A stretch of 61,953 nucleotides of DNA, filler included, from Choristocarpus tenellus KU-1152 (lineage: Eukaryota > Protista > Phaeophyceae): the NCBI GenBank assembly GCA_964200185.2. It is 9 parts of 9 records of this genome, joined end to end, with 100 filler letters (N's around TTAATTAATTAA, not from the genome) between each part and the next. Parts side by side here need not be neighbours in the genome. Positions count along the whole stretch, not along the records: positions 13,862 to 28,836 come from CAXNAD020001086.1; positions 28,937 to 33,083 come from CAXNAD020015980.1; 7 more parts are not named here. The stretch is one strand, 5' to 3'. The position numbers and the translations under genes were made by a program. The notes under the pieces are model-generated. The model did not search any database and had not been told where the DNA came from. It saw only the letters and a program-made list of their open reading frames with translations. How positions within the stretch are numbered: position 1 is the stretch's first letter; each line of letters opens with the position of its first letter. Of the stretch, positions 20,704 through 33,183 are shown in pieces.

Positions 20704-23700
20704 CTACTGACAACCTGGTGCCCATGTGATCTCGTCACCACTTGCTATCTTCAGCTGCTACACAAAACAAAGTTTTGGGATCCACACTTTCAAAATATCC
20801 AGCATTCGGAAATTCTCCTAGATTTTTCAACAAAATATATCCATGTTGATCATGGTTTTAGAAAAAAGCATTTGTTTCAAAGAGTTACTATCAGAACGTC
20901 CAAGTGTTTGATGTGGACATTCGATAATAAATACCCTTGAGAAGTGTGAGTGTGGATATAGCGGCATCCAATATAAGGAGTAAAAACTCGATTTAGTGAT
21001 GGGCGAGGAAGAGGGACAAAGGGGAAACGAAGCATCAAAGTGATTGAGTCCATTCAAAGTGAGCGAACCATTGTACCATACTTTGCTCCTAGAATAGGGG
21101 GCACATGAGCCAATGCTAAAACTTAATACTCCGGAGTACATTATAGCATGGGAAGTGCCCATGTTGGGTAGAAAACGTCCCACACCTACTCATACTATGT
21201 ACTACTCTGTTATCGGTAGAGGATCAAGCCAGAGTATTCTAAGCTCTCTGTGGAGAAAGAGGGTGACACTAACATTTGAATGATGCAAAACAGTATTGCC
21301 AGCACCATTTCAAATATATACTCATGGACAATTAGGTACAAAATGTAGAATTACAGCCAATCCTAAAGGAAAGAACACATATTATACTGACCTAAGCGCC
21401 ACTGTTGTTCACATCCCCCAATCCAAACTGAAGGACTGACACCAATGTCAAGAGGTATAAACATGCAACAGGGTGATATACCAGGATGTAGGAAGCAGGA
21501 GGTGTTGCAGGGGAAATGCCTTCTACGGACTTAATGCAACATATACACCACCCAATGGCTGCATAAATCGAATTCTGTTCATCTTCAGTGCACCTCTCGA
21601 TCTTGTACTATTTGAAGAGCGCTTTCATTGAAATGGCGTCAATTATTGCATGAGCGTAGGCAAAATATGGCAAGAACTAGGCATTTCAGTCATTCGTTAG
21701 GCTTTTTCATACAGGCTGTTGCCTTTACAAATACTACAGCAGAATACTAATGGACCTGTATCGAAACATGTTCATTCCAGGACACATTTCGGCAATGTTG
21801 AACAGAAAAACGAGTAATAGCCAAAGAGAGCAATTACCATCCTTTCTATACACGGAATGGACATCTTCTGCCATTGTGAACAGCATAAGTAATCTCACCC
21901 TCTTGCTCGCCCTGGTGTCCCTTGCAAGGAGAGAAAGCGCCCCCATGCACATTCTTCTTGTTCCAATCTCTTCTCCACCTTGTTTATTTTCCTCCGCCCC
22001 ATCAAACCCCTTGTCGTCTCCTTGTATCTCCTCCTTTGCAGCTTTCTTTGCACCATCATTCAGTCCTAGTCGTACTAGCGTCACCACCACATTTTCCCCC
22101 TGTCCTTGCCTTTGCTCGAGCATAGCAACATCAGCAGCACAAGGCTCACCACCTTTTCTATGCCCAGTCTTATCTTCAGGGGTAAGTGTCACTACCTTAT
22201 CTTCAACAATGAAACTCCTCTCTGGGGAAGATGCACAGGTAGGATTCATCAGGAGGAGTTCGACGAGATCTGGGTTTCTGCAAAGGTTGTACACAATCAC
22301 AGCAGCTTGTCTCCTTGCAGGACGGAAGCGTGTTGTGCTGAGAAGTCTAGCTGAGGCGGACACTAGGGCCTTGACTTCCTGGGTCTGAGAGTACATTGCA
22401 AGGGCCTTGACCATCCAGACTGTTGTATGTTGGCAATTTTTAGAGAGTGGAGTGGGGGCAGTGATGGGAGGAAAAGATACCATGCACACAGGCATGTACA
22501 GTTAAGGGAAAGGTGGGATTCGGGGAAGGATGGTATTGAATTAGAGTAAATGGGCCAAGTATATATCTAATTGAAATATTTTCCTCTTGATCTTCTCCAA
22601 AATATAGTTCTACAGAAAACAATTACACGTTTTCTAACAGATCTAGAGTAAGTTGGGTTAAGTATATATTTAGTTGAGAAGTACTCTGGGGTATTTTTTA
22701 CTTGCCAGTAACTTCCGCAAAATATAGGTCTACAGATAACAATTACCCGTTTCTATCAGATCTTCCCCACTGTCGCTGGCATTCACTCTAAGGAGATGAT
22801 AGAAGTAGGAGATATAGAAGTCCCATTACCCTAAGGGTAACACTACAACCTCGCTTGCCATGTAGAAGGAATGCCATTTCCCCTCTCGCAACAAAACACA
22901 GTTCAGCTGTATCTTGGGACATACGGCCACTACACATACAGTAGTTCTTTTGCATATTGACTACAACAGATAATCACCACAAATCGTTAGTAATACCTAA
23001 TTGTGCACGAGGTACTGATAATAAATTTCCCTTGCAAGCACGCACACATTGACTTCCTTGTGCAACACAATGCAAATAACGACTTTACACACAATTCTGC
23101 ACACCGTCATACTACAAAATTTATAGCCTAAGCCTCAGTGCATCTTGTTGACATGACTCTGTCTCTGAAATGTTTTCATGGACACAAAATCCCACTAGTT
23201 GATTTTGCGCAGCAATATCCAGTATAGCTACAACCTCGTAATATGCACTCCATAGCAGTGTTATTTTTTTAATCTACACGTATCTATCTCCCTGTCAAGA
23301 ATATGCTATTATTCGTGAGTAAAAGTAGATTCTGTAAGAAACAATCTAAGGAAGGAAGAGACCATGTTCGTGTTCTGAAGAATAGAAGATAAGTTTGGGT
23401 TTAAAAGAACTAGAATATGGAAGAGTTCAGGAATAGGAAACATTGTAGCAAGTAATCTTTAAACTAGTGATTGGTGATCCATAGAATAGGATTGATTGGT
23501 GGACCCCCCCCCTTTGGGCTTGAAAGCTCACTCCTGCTTTCTCCTTCCTTCCTTCATCTACACCTGTTCAACCCATTAAGGAATTAATCAAGGCATTTAC
23601 ATACACAAGTCTTGGGAACATCCGCTTCTTTATCACTCCCTTCTCATAGCTTGTCAATGCCTTGTCAATTCGGGAGATATCTCCCTTCTCGTGGCTTTTC

Positions 23701-26700
23701 TATACAGTGCTGGTTGTGGAGCATACAAAGAGTCTTTACTTCGTCCATAGTCATCATACACAGGCGGCTCCTGACAGTGAGCGCTGTATAGGACAGACTC
23801 TCGACAATAGTCAAGCTACGTCTGTATAATAAACATACAAATATTATGCACTAGTATATACTACTATTGTTAGAAGTATACTGGGTCGATTCCCAGCATG
23901 TTGTCACTAGAACTCCTGGGCATTTTAGCACCCAAAGGAGCATAGTGTGCACCAGAGTTCTTTGATCTGTCTGAAAAGGTTGTCACATAGAATTCAAATG
24001 TCGTACTCTGATCTAAACACTATACGTTGTGCAGAGCTTATCAAGGTGTTATCCCAGAATGTCATAATTATATAACGAATGTTGTAGAGATAATAGGTCT
24101 AAGTGTTTTATCGACAATAAACACACGTTAAAACAAACGGGCTCAACCACTTGGTGAGCTTCGGATGCTATAGAGGAAATTTCCCCGAATGGGTGCTATC
24201 CTACACAACGGACATGAGAGAGAGAAAACGACCCCAAAATTGTTCTTCTGGACAACGGACTTTATAGCGCAAAGGGGGCTGAATGTTGCCCTGATAACGG
24301 ACGCTATAAGAGCCTTGAACTAACCAATAATGAATAATAAACATTGATTAGCAAATGTAATCCGGCGCTATATATATGGACAAAAAATGTAATGGATAAA
24401 ATCTGTTATGGGACAACTACAGATTAAATTATAGGGAAACATTTCCTTGTAGGTGGTTTAAAGAAAATATACTGCAAACGATATCCTCTGGATTTTTCTG
24501 AAATCAGCAAAGCGATAAATTGTGCTACTTTTCACAAGCCGATTGCTAGGAATTATGTCTCACATGTTGCAGATAAACCAATGTTCCAATATCCAATACA
24601 ACTTCTGCTTTGTTAGGAAATCGACTCAGCTCCCCTTCATGCCATTGAGTCTATGCGAATACACAGCACATCCGTCCATTCCCCCCCAACAACATAGAAC
24701 TCTCAGCAAGCAGACCCTGGTACCCATAGGTAATGTTATCCAAAATAGCATAATCCTTTCGTACTCAACGGAACATATATACGCAATGTCTTCCTTGGCT
24801 ACGATACCTGTCAAATTATCTTCCACCAATAATACCCCAGATTCTTAGCAATCGTAGTCAACTTTCGTCTTTGTCGCTCTGCCCTTCCCATACCCCAACA
24901 CCCACCACTGCTTGTCAGACCCGCCACCGCTAGAGCTCCATCGGCTTGCGAATCGACGTACTCCCCAGCCATCATATTCGCTAGTCTGCCCACATCCTCA
25001 AGCATGGCATAGTCGAGAGACTATATTTTCAGCATGTTAAGTGAAATTGTCCAGGTGTGTACAAGCGGAGGAAGAGGACAACTGATGAGGATGTATGTCA
25101 GTCGGACACACATTACAAATCATACACGACAACAGCTGTTTGTTACCAGACTATCTCTTGATTCGGGACATACCATCTCACTAACTACAGATAACTAATT
25201 ACATCATGAATGAGGTTCTCAGGGTTCTGATAATCAAACATCATAGAGGGGAACCAAGCACTATAAAGCACAATCTGGTGTTTGTTGAGGAGTTCCCAGA
25301 CTCTTGTGCCAGAAATAGATATCCCCACTCTTAATTTCGTTTGTTCACAGAGAAGATGACCATCTCGGTGAGCACGATTTACGTAGTTGTGATTTTCTTC
25401 TCAAGAACAGAGTTCTATCATTACCTGATCAACATCGCCACAATAATCCCCTACACGGTCCACAACCATACAACCCATTTTGTCTGTACAAAATACAACT
25501 TCGCCAGATGAAGTACAAAATGACACTTCTGGTCTTCAATCACACAATGTACTACAGTCAACTCTCATCCATTTAACATAGGCCAATCAAGTACATCAAA
25601 ATGTATCATAACAAACAAAGAACAAATGCTAGAATAAATCCATGGGAGCAGTTTGTTTTTACTGTGAGGTCTAGTTTAATCAGTCAGAAATTGTACTCCA
25701 ATTCGAATATGTAATGTGACTAATATTAGTGCTTGCCTATGGACTGATGCAGTGGGTGATACAAAACTTGCTTCTACTTTGCATTTGTTTAGTGAATGAC
25801 GTGCACAATTATTAGGGCAGCTACTTGGGCGTACAATGTTACCAAGATTCCATTATCTTTCAACGTTTGGGAGGAGATGGGCACCTTGAGGGGGCGATAG
25901 TCCCAACTGGCGGTCATGTATGAAAATTGAGATGTGGATATTTACATTCTTTGGCTTTGCCTCCACCATCCAGTGGTTGAGTTAGGTGACAGGGGAAATG
26001 GTGCATTAGGGTGAGGACCAACATTGTGGGATTAATTTTTTCAATTGTCTAATTTTTCGTTCCAATTGGGTGCAATTCCAGACACACGGCTTACAACGCA
26101 AATTTTGTTCTCAATCAAGACTTTTTGTTGTCCTAAATCCCTATCAGAAACTTTGCAGATGCATAATCAGACACCGACCCTACTTTGTGGGCTCAAAATC
26201 CTAGCACACACAAGACTTATGAGGAGCAAGCACGCTGCACAATGTACTCAATACCAGCATGGATCACCACAATGTGAATTGAGCGAGAGGTACAGAGGTC
26301 CAGATCCACAAAACTGAACAATAAAATGTCCCTTGGCCATCCAGCACCTTCCCTCCAGTCTCTTTACCTCCCCTACTACCCCCCATTCACCCACTGCTTC
26401 TTACCTTACTATCAATTTCCACCTGACCTCCCTCCACATGTTTTTGTCCAGTGCAGTTGTTTCCAGCCATCACCTGCTCGAAGGTTCCCCTCACAGCCCC
26501 CTCAGAAGGCAATGCAGTCATATGGTTGCAGGATTCCCTGGAAAAGTTAGCTTCCTCCATGGAGGTAGCACATGCTCCCCCTTCCTTGGGCTGGGATATG
26601 GGTGTGATCGATCTTCGGACCCCTCTGGGCGTTGGGATCGTCTCCAGTCTCAGTTTTTTATCCTGAGAGTCATAGTTGTAGCTGCAGGTTCCAAGGACAT

Positions 26701-28463
26701 CCATGCCTTCCTTGTCCTTATGTTGTGGTCATGAGTACGTATGTATTCCTTGGGTCATACAGCAGTTGGGATAGAAAAGCCTACATTGCTACACAAATGA
26801 GTAGTATAGTGAGCAATCCATAACCTCACGGGAAAAATAAGTACTCCAACTAATTTGGATGAGAGTGTGACAGGAGATCTGTACAGGTAAGGAGCCAAGA
26901 TGCAACTCCTATGCCAACAGTAGCCGCAGATGTACAAACAGATATTGCAGTACAGGCATCAACGAGGTCAAAAGACATGTATGCATCTATGTAAAGAACA
27001 CAATAAACCAAAACAGACCTATTGCAGGAGAAGATTGCAGTGAGTCTCTGTAGTGACAAATAGATGTCACATACAACGTTCTTTGCCTCACACAAGGCCT
27101 ACTTCCACCCAAAAACGACATTTTCAGGAGTGATAGTTGCGCACACTTTCAACACCCAAGGATCTTACTTTAATATACAAGTGCTTTGCTGTTCGTAGGT
27201 AGAAATATACCATTCCTCTTGCTGTCTAGGGTGCCTCAACAAGAGTTGTGGGTAGAACATGGTGTTGCCGTCCAAATTATATACTTGTTCTTCTTAGCCC
27301 TTGCAAAAGATCCGACTTCACCATGAGGCTGGATTGGTGAGGCGATGGATGTGTATGTTACATTGCTTGCACGGAGATTATTCTAATGCTACATACACTA
27401 GTTCACTCCCCTCTGCTGACTACAATGAACCCTTGAGTATCATCAGAATTCAAACCATTGATATTGACATATGTAGCTTTTCAACTTGAAAAAAATATGT
27501 ATTTTCTACCTTGAATGCCGCAAGAATCTCTAGGTATACCGCAGAGAAGAACAAACGATCCCCTTCTGTATTCTGCATCTCCACCAGACAGCTGAAATCA
27601 CAGCCAGAGGAATCTGCTTGGAAAAGCGGAGGTAAAGATAAATAAATTTTCTGCTCTCTGTCAAACTCCTTTGCACCTCTATCTTTGTCAGCGCCATGAT
27701 AGCATTAACCTAGGATGCAACTTCATCAAGTCCCAAAGTCACATTAAGTGTAATATGGTACATAATTTGTCTACCTTCAATGTGCACTTGAGTATGATCT
27801 TGATCTTGACCTTGACCTTGAGTAGCATCCATTCGGTGCAAACCTGGATCACAATCTGGGTCAAGTTTGTTGCTGCAAAGAGATCCCTCTATTGACATTT
27901 CATCTTCATGGTCCACCTTGTTGGCCTATGTGCAAGGGAGGGAGGGAGAACAGCGGGGGGGAAGAACAGTATTAACACAGTCATTCCATGAGATGTAGAA
28001 ACCTTAAACCCTCCACCTCAGCTTACTCTTAAAAAAAATATACACATGCACAATGCAATATGTCCATTTTACAAGCCGGGCAAAACTTTTTCCTTTGTGC
28101 ATCTAAATTGGCCTTCCAGAACCTACAATAATCCCTTCGCCTAAATCAACCCTAGCATGATACCAAAGAAGTATATGAACAAGGTAGATTCACATGTATG
28201 TATTATTCCATTAGTCCCGTCTTCTACAACAACACACCTCGTGACAAGGTAACTATGATGACCTTTCCCCACAAAATAAACAGCCTCGTGCTCATGAACA
28301 TGGACAAAGCAAGGGTTCTCACTGGCACAAGTGGTGACGACGGAGTGAAGATTTCTCTTGGTAGATCCACAGGGATTGAGAAAACGCACACCGTGAAGGC
28401 TGTGAATTGAGTACCACGTTGGATGCTGACCTCAAACTTCGGGTAAGGGATGTGGGAGCATAG
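20704..28463 (-). CDS. Uncharacterised protein with split KA1-like domain and ARM/HEAT-like helical region (5' end beyond contig)
   Basis: Phase-consistent exons 28463-28323, 27925-27775, 27616-27510, 26716-26405 (acceptor tentative), 25020-24906, 22419-21899, 20757-20704 (stop). KFEVSIQRGTQFTAFTVCVF and LVEMQNTEGDRLFFSAVYLEI resemble KA1. EYVDSQADGALAVAGLT, RRQAAVIVYNLC and RRMCMGALSLLA resemble ARM helices. Confidence 0.65.
23300..23467. repeat. Dispersed repeat E (copy at 52822-52995)
   Basis: Shared aagaaacaatctaagga...ttctgaagaatagaagataag...aagaactagaatatg.aagagttcaggaatagga. Confidence 0.85.
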
Positions 28464-28551
28464 CTATGAGTATGAAGGGGGTGTTGAAATACCCCATCAG
28501 CAGGGTGAGGAGTACGGAACAGTGAAGACTCAACAATCTTGGACAAGGTGA

Positions 28552-28809
28552 GAGTCAAATTGAACAAGAGGTGTACCCGGGTTTGACCGTTTTGCATTTT
28601 AAGTCACTATTTTTAATCTTTGTGATTCGCGCTCATTTCTATGAATGAAGTGCTAATATTGACTTGCGAGCGATGATTTCTTTATTGTTGGAACATTTTT
28701 CGCAGAATTAAGAAAAATTCACCATACCCATTTGTCCAAAAAGTCGAATTTATCTCAAAATCATCTTCCTCAAAATACAACCTTAGTTACCTCTCGTTTA
28801 CTTCAACTC
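28552..28809. mobile_element. MITE family B
   Basis: Degenerate left TIR GAGTCAAATTGAACAAGAGG, right TIR CCTCTCGTTTACTTCAACTC; TSD TGA; 258 bp. Confidence 0.85.
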
Positions 28810-30159
28810 TGACCCAAAGTATCTGGGAGGGGGGGGNNNNNNNNNNNNNNNNNNNNNNNNNNNNNNNNNNNNNNNNNNNNTTAATTAATTAANNNNNNNN
28901 NNNNNNNNNNNNNNNNNNNNNNNNNNNNNNNNNNNNTTTTTTGTTGTGGGTGGGGGGGGGGGGGGGGGGGGGGGTGCTTCAATGTGTACCATCAATAGTA
29001 TGGAACCATATTTTAAATGATAAATTGTGTGGGAATAGTGTGAGGTAGCATGCATGGGATATTTGACCTCTTAAAAAAGGATATTATCTACCTTTTTCTT
29101 GATGGAATCCCCCTAACCCTAACCCAATACCCAACCTCATCTACAAGAGCTAGACTTGTTTATAATATAGCATGTACACAATCCTACAACAGTTGTGTCC
29201 CTGAATAGAAGTACTTGTTGGTGTTAATGTGATAGTTTGTATTGCATTATTATGGTGTGCAATGATACCTTTAGTTACCTTTAGATACCTTTAGTTTCAA
29301 GGTCTTTGCTTTGTCATGGACTATGACTATCATGTGATCCAGCAGGTGTGATCCAGCAGGTGTGATCCAGGTTGTTTGTCCGTCCCCTTTGCCCCCCCCT
29401 CCTCACTTGTGTGTCTCATTTATAGTCCTTTCTGTATCTGTATCTGCATCTAGCGTTGCTCTGAACCTTGGTCTGCATTCCCTCCTCACTTCAATGTGCT
29501 CTCTCTCTTTCCATGGCACACAGCTGAGGTGGGGTAGCTGTGTAACAATATCAATTATTAATACAGGTTGTACTCTTCATTTGAACCATTATACACTACT
29601 GCTATTATTTTATTTTATTTTACTTTATTTTATTATCACGTGTAATTAGGGTTAGGTAAATACAGTAATATAAATCAAATAATATAAATCAAGGGGGGAA
29701 ACATGGTGCAAGTAGAAGTTGTTGGTAGTACTATTGTTATACTTACCATTAATAGCACATAGTACTTACTTCCTCCCAGATGTATGACTAAATCAAAAGC
29801 AGGAGGACCTTGAAGAAGATGTTTTCATTCATATTGCCTACCTACTCTCTACAAAAATGTAACTGAAAATTGCACCTCCCTGTGCAAATAGTTGAAACGA
29901 GACATGTCTATCTGTCAATGAATAAAATTCATTTTTATTCATTTTATATCTACCAATCCAAAGGTACTATACTATTACATCATCTCAGTACTATCTAATC
30001 AACACATCATATTATCCTTCTGTTTGCACCCACCCCACCCTCCCGAGTCTCACCCACCCTGCCCTCCTCTCCCACCACCTACATGACTGTTACATGCTGT
30101 TTCGATGTTTACATGACTCTGTTCCTACACTACTGGCAACATCCATGACAACTACTGAG

Positions 30160-32899
30160 AAGTGATGAGGGAAGCATTTTCATTGATGGCATTGACATAT
30201 TTGAATTAGGTCTTCATGATCTTAGACCCCGGATGTCGGTTATCCCACAGACACCTTTCCTCTTCTCAGGTTCAGTTCGGGTGAACTTAGATCCCTTCAA
30301 TAAGTACGTAACCCCCCCCCCAACTCCCCCCACCCCACCCACCCCACTCCACTTGTATTGTGTATGGTGTTCAATATCCTCTTATTGAATGTGCTATGTA
30401 TTGTGTGTTGTATATGTTGTGGTGATGTGGTGAAAAGGGGGGGGATATCAAGTGTGGAAGGGGGGTACAATATATATTGAAGTGGATGTGGTGCAGTGGT
30501 GACGATGGTGGTGGTGGAGGTATTTTTAGTGACCAAGAAACCAGGAACAATATTTTTGTTATTTTTCTTACTATTTTTGTTTTTCTTAACATAAATGGTG
30601 GTGTATGCTGTCTTCTTTGTTGCACCATGGTCACAGTAAGAATTGGCAGTTATATTCATTGCTATTATGTTTATTTTTACTAGTTATGACAAAACATCAC
30701 CGTATTAGTCATCTCACTGTCCAATTGATGCTGTGCCTGTTGAGGTAAATTTCACTTTTTTGTGCTGTTGTAGTCATAACCCTAACCCTAATATTAATAC
30801 TAATAGTAATAAATAAAATAATACAAACATGACTCCATATTAGATTCGAGTGTTGAGTGGAACCTTCTTAGAGGGGGGGGTGATTTTGACCATTCTTAGT
30901 TTCAATGCCCGTTTGAACTTTCTGCTATGTAGACCATGTCCATATACTTCAGAAAGACCTGCAGTTAATCTCCCTTTGCCTTGAGGTTGTAGAATAAGAT
31001 TAGCAATGATATTTAACACATTGTTAGCCACAAGTACCTTCCACAGTGCTCAAAACACACATACCACAGGCTATCATAAAGTCATAAGGACCTGTAAGAA
31101 CTTGATGAAATTCCCCTCTTATTGATGTACTATAGTGATATGTTGTATTGATATATTGTATCACCCATCCTTCTAGTATGATAGTGTTGATAGTGATGAT
31201 TAATGCCCATGAAGGTATTTGGGGTTGTTGTGTGAGTGAATGTGTTTTGACACACCAGTATATGTGGAGAAGAATGGAAAGTTGGGTTGTGATTATTGTA
31301 TTGAAAGTAGTAGTATTACCATTGGAAGGATAGGGGGCAAAAGCTATTGGTTTATAGATCTCATGGACTTACTCTATTGGCTATATCGTACATATGTAAA
31401 AATTCAGAGAGAGAGAGAAAGAGAGAAGATCATTGTGTTCCTATTATAGCAGGTAGGTGTTGGGGTACTGATTCTTTGTGTCTGTTGAAATGTCAGTTAT
31501 CTTTGGAACCTGTTCTTTTATATTTTGTCCAACATGCCTTTGTTTAGTAAAGCTATTAATACATGTATGTGTGTGTATGATATGTGAGTGCAAGAAGAAG
31601 GATAGTCTAGCATAGCCCTCTAACTGTCGCAGCAATAATAATAATAATAATAATATATTATATTATTATATTCAAGACGTGAAGAGCTCTTCTATTTCTA
31701 GTAATCCTCTACCGTAACATGCTGTTTGTTGTATTAAAATTAAAATAGTAAGAGATAAATTGTGATATTACCAGTGTATATTAATTAAATTAATCACTGT
31801 TACCTTACCTGTTGTCTCACTCTCAATTGACCAAAGGCACTCGGATGCTGATATATGGGCCTCTTTGGAAGCAGTACAGATGAAGAATTACGTGGTGAGC
31901 CTCAACGGAGGCCTCAACGCTATCATCACAGAGGGGGGTCAGAACCTTTCTGTTGGACAGCGGCAGTTAATCTGCCTGGCAAGGTGTGGGTTTATTGTTA
32001 TTGATGCTGTAACTATTGCTATGATCACCATTATTATTAGGTTCACAAAATTGCACATTACTAGGGTACAGTGAGAGACTTCTGAGGTACAGACAACCCT
32101 ATGGCAGCATTTTATGTTGATAGTTATTATTTGTTGTTTATTTTTATTAATTACATTGCTTTGTTTTATGTAATTTACGGTGTGTCATGCAACAATTGCC
32201 ATACAACGTTTTTTTTCCTTAGGAAACTTAGGTTTAGAGTTGTGTTTAGATTGTATATTTTTGAATAGGTGGAATTTCTCTCTTATTTTTTCAGTGTTTG
32301 TGATCTGTGATGGGTGCTGGGTGCAGAAATTGAGGTGATGTGGTTTTGAAGGGATAGGGGAAGGCGAGGAGAGAGGGGAAGCTGGCTAGGGAATGGGGGG
32401 TTTAGGAGATAGATACGGACGAGCTCAAGTGCAGCCTACTGGTTGTTCCTTTTGATTGGTCAATCCAGCTCTTTTGTTGCCTGAGATTTAGTGTGTATGT
32501 GTAGTGTTGGTTCTGGTTCTGGTATCTATTGTGTTTAGTGTATGTTTTGCTGTATGTTACAGTCATCAAAGGCACAAATGAAAGGAGAGGTTGAGGAAGA
32601 CTGAGGGGGGGATGAGGGCATTTTTCATGAACAAACGAACATGTAGGGAATGAGGTTATGAGATGGTTTTGGACATACCTGTTGATCTTGTGAAGGTAAG
32701 CAACGTCAACATCATCATCAACAGGTATGTGATATTTTTGCTCCCATCCTCTCTGCAACACAACTCAACACAATGACAACAAGCTTAATGGTGCTCCCTA
32801 CCTACTTACCTACCCAGAGCGGTGCTTCAACGTTCCCAGATCTTGGTGATGGATGAGGCCACTGCTAACATTGACTACCTCACAGACTCACTCATACAG
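30160..32899 (+). CDS. ABC transporter subfamily C (MRP-like), internal fragment of NBD2
   Basis: Exons ~30160/30163-30303, 31837-31983, 32818-32899: [10 protein letters not shown]...[29 protein letters not shown], signature [16 protein letters not shown], Walker [13 protein letters not shown]. Confidence 0.95.
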
Positions 32900-33183
32900 G
32901 TGATTTGACTTAGCTTGACTTGACTAGACCACCAGTTTACAGTGTGAGCGTAACACCAAGAGGTGTGATGACCCAAAGTATCTAGGGGGGGGGGGGGGGG
33001 GGGGGGTTCCCACAGGGGGTCTATTTGGGCCAAAAAGAGAAAGAGATGCTTTTATTTGGCCACCCCCCGGAGGGAAACAAAGANNNNNNNNNNNNNNNNN
33101 NNNNNNNNNNNNNNNNNNNNNNNNNNNTTAATTAATTAANNNNNNNNNNNNNNNNNNNNNNNNNNNNNNNNNNNNNNNNNNNN

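Noticed and set aside
21750-22388. 212-aa Ser-rich plus-strand ORF
   Set aside because: Antisense shadow of the 22419-21899 exon.
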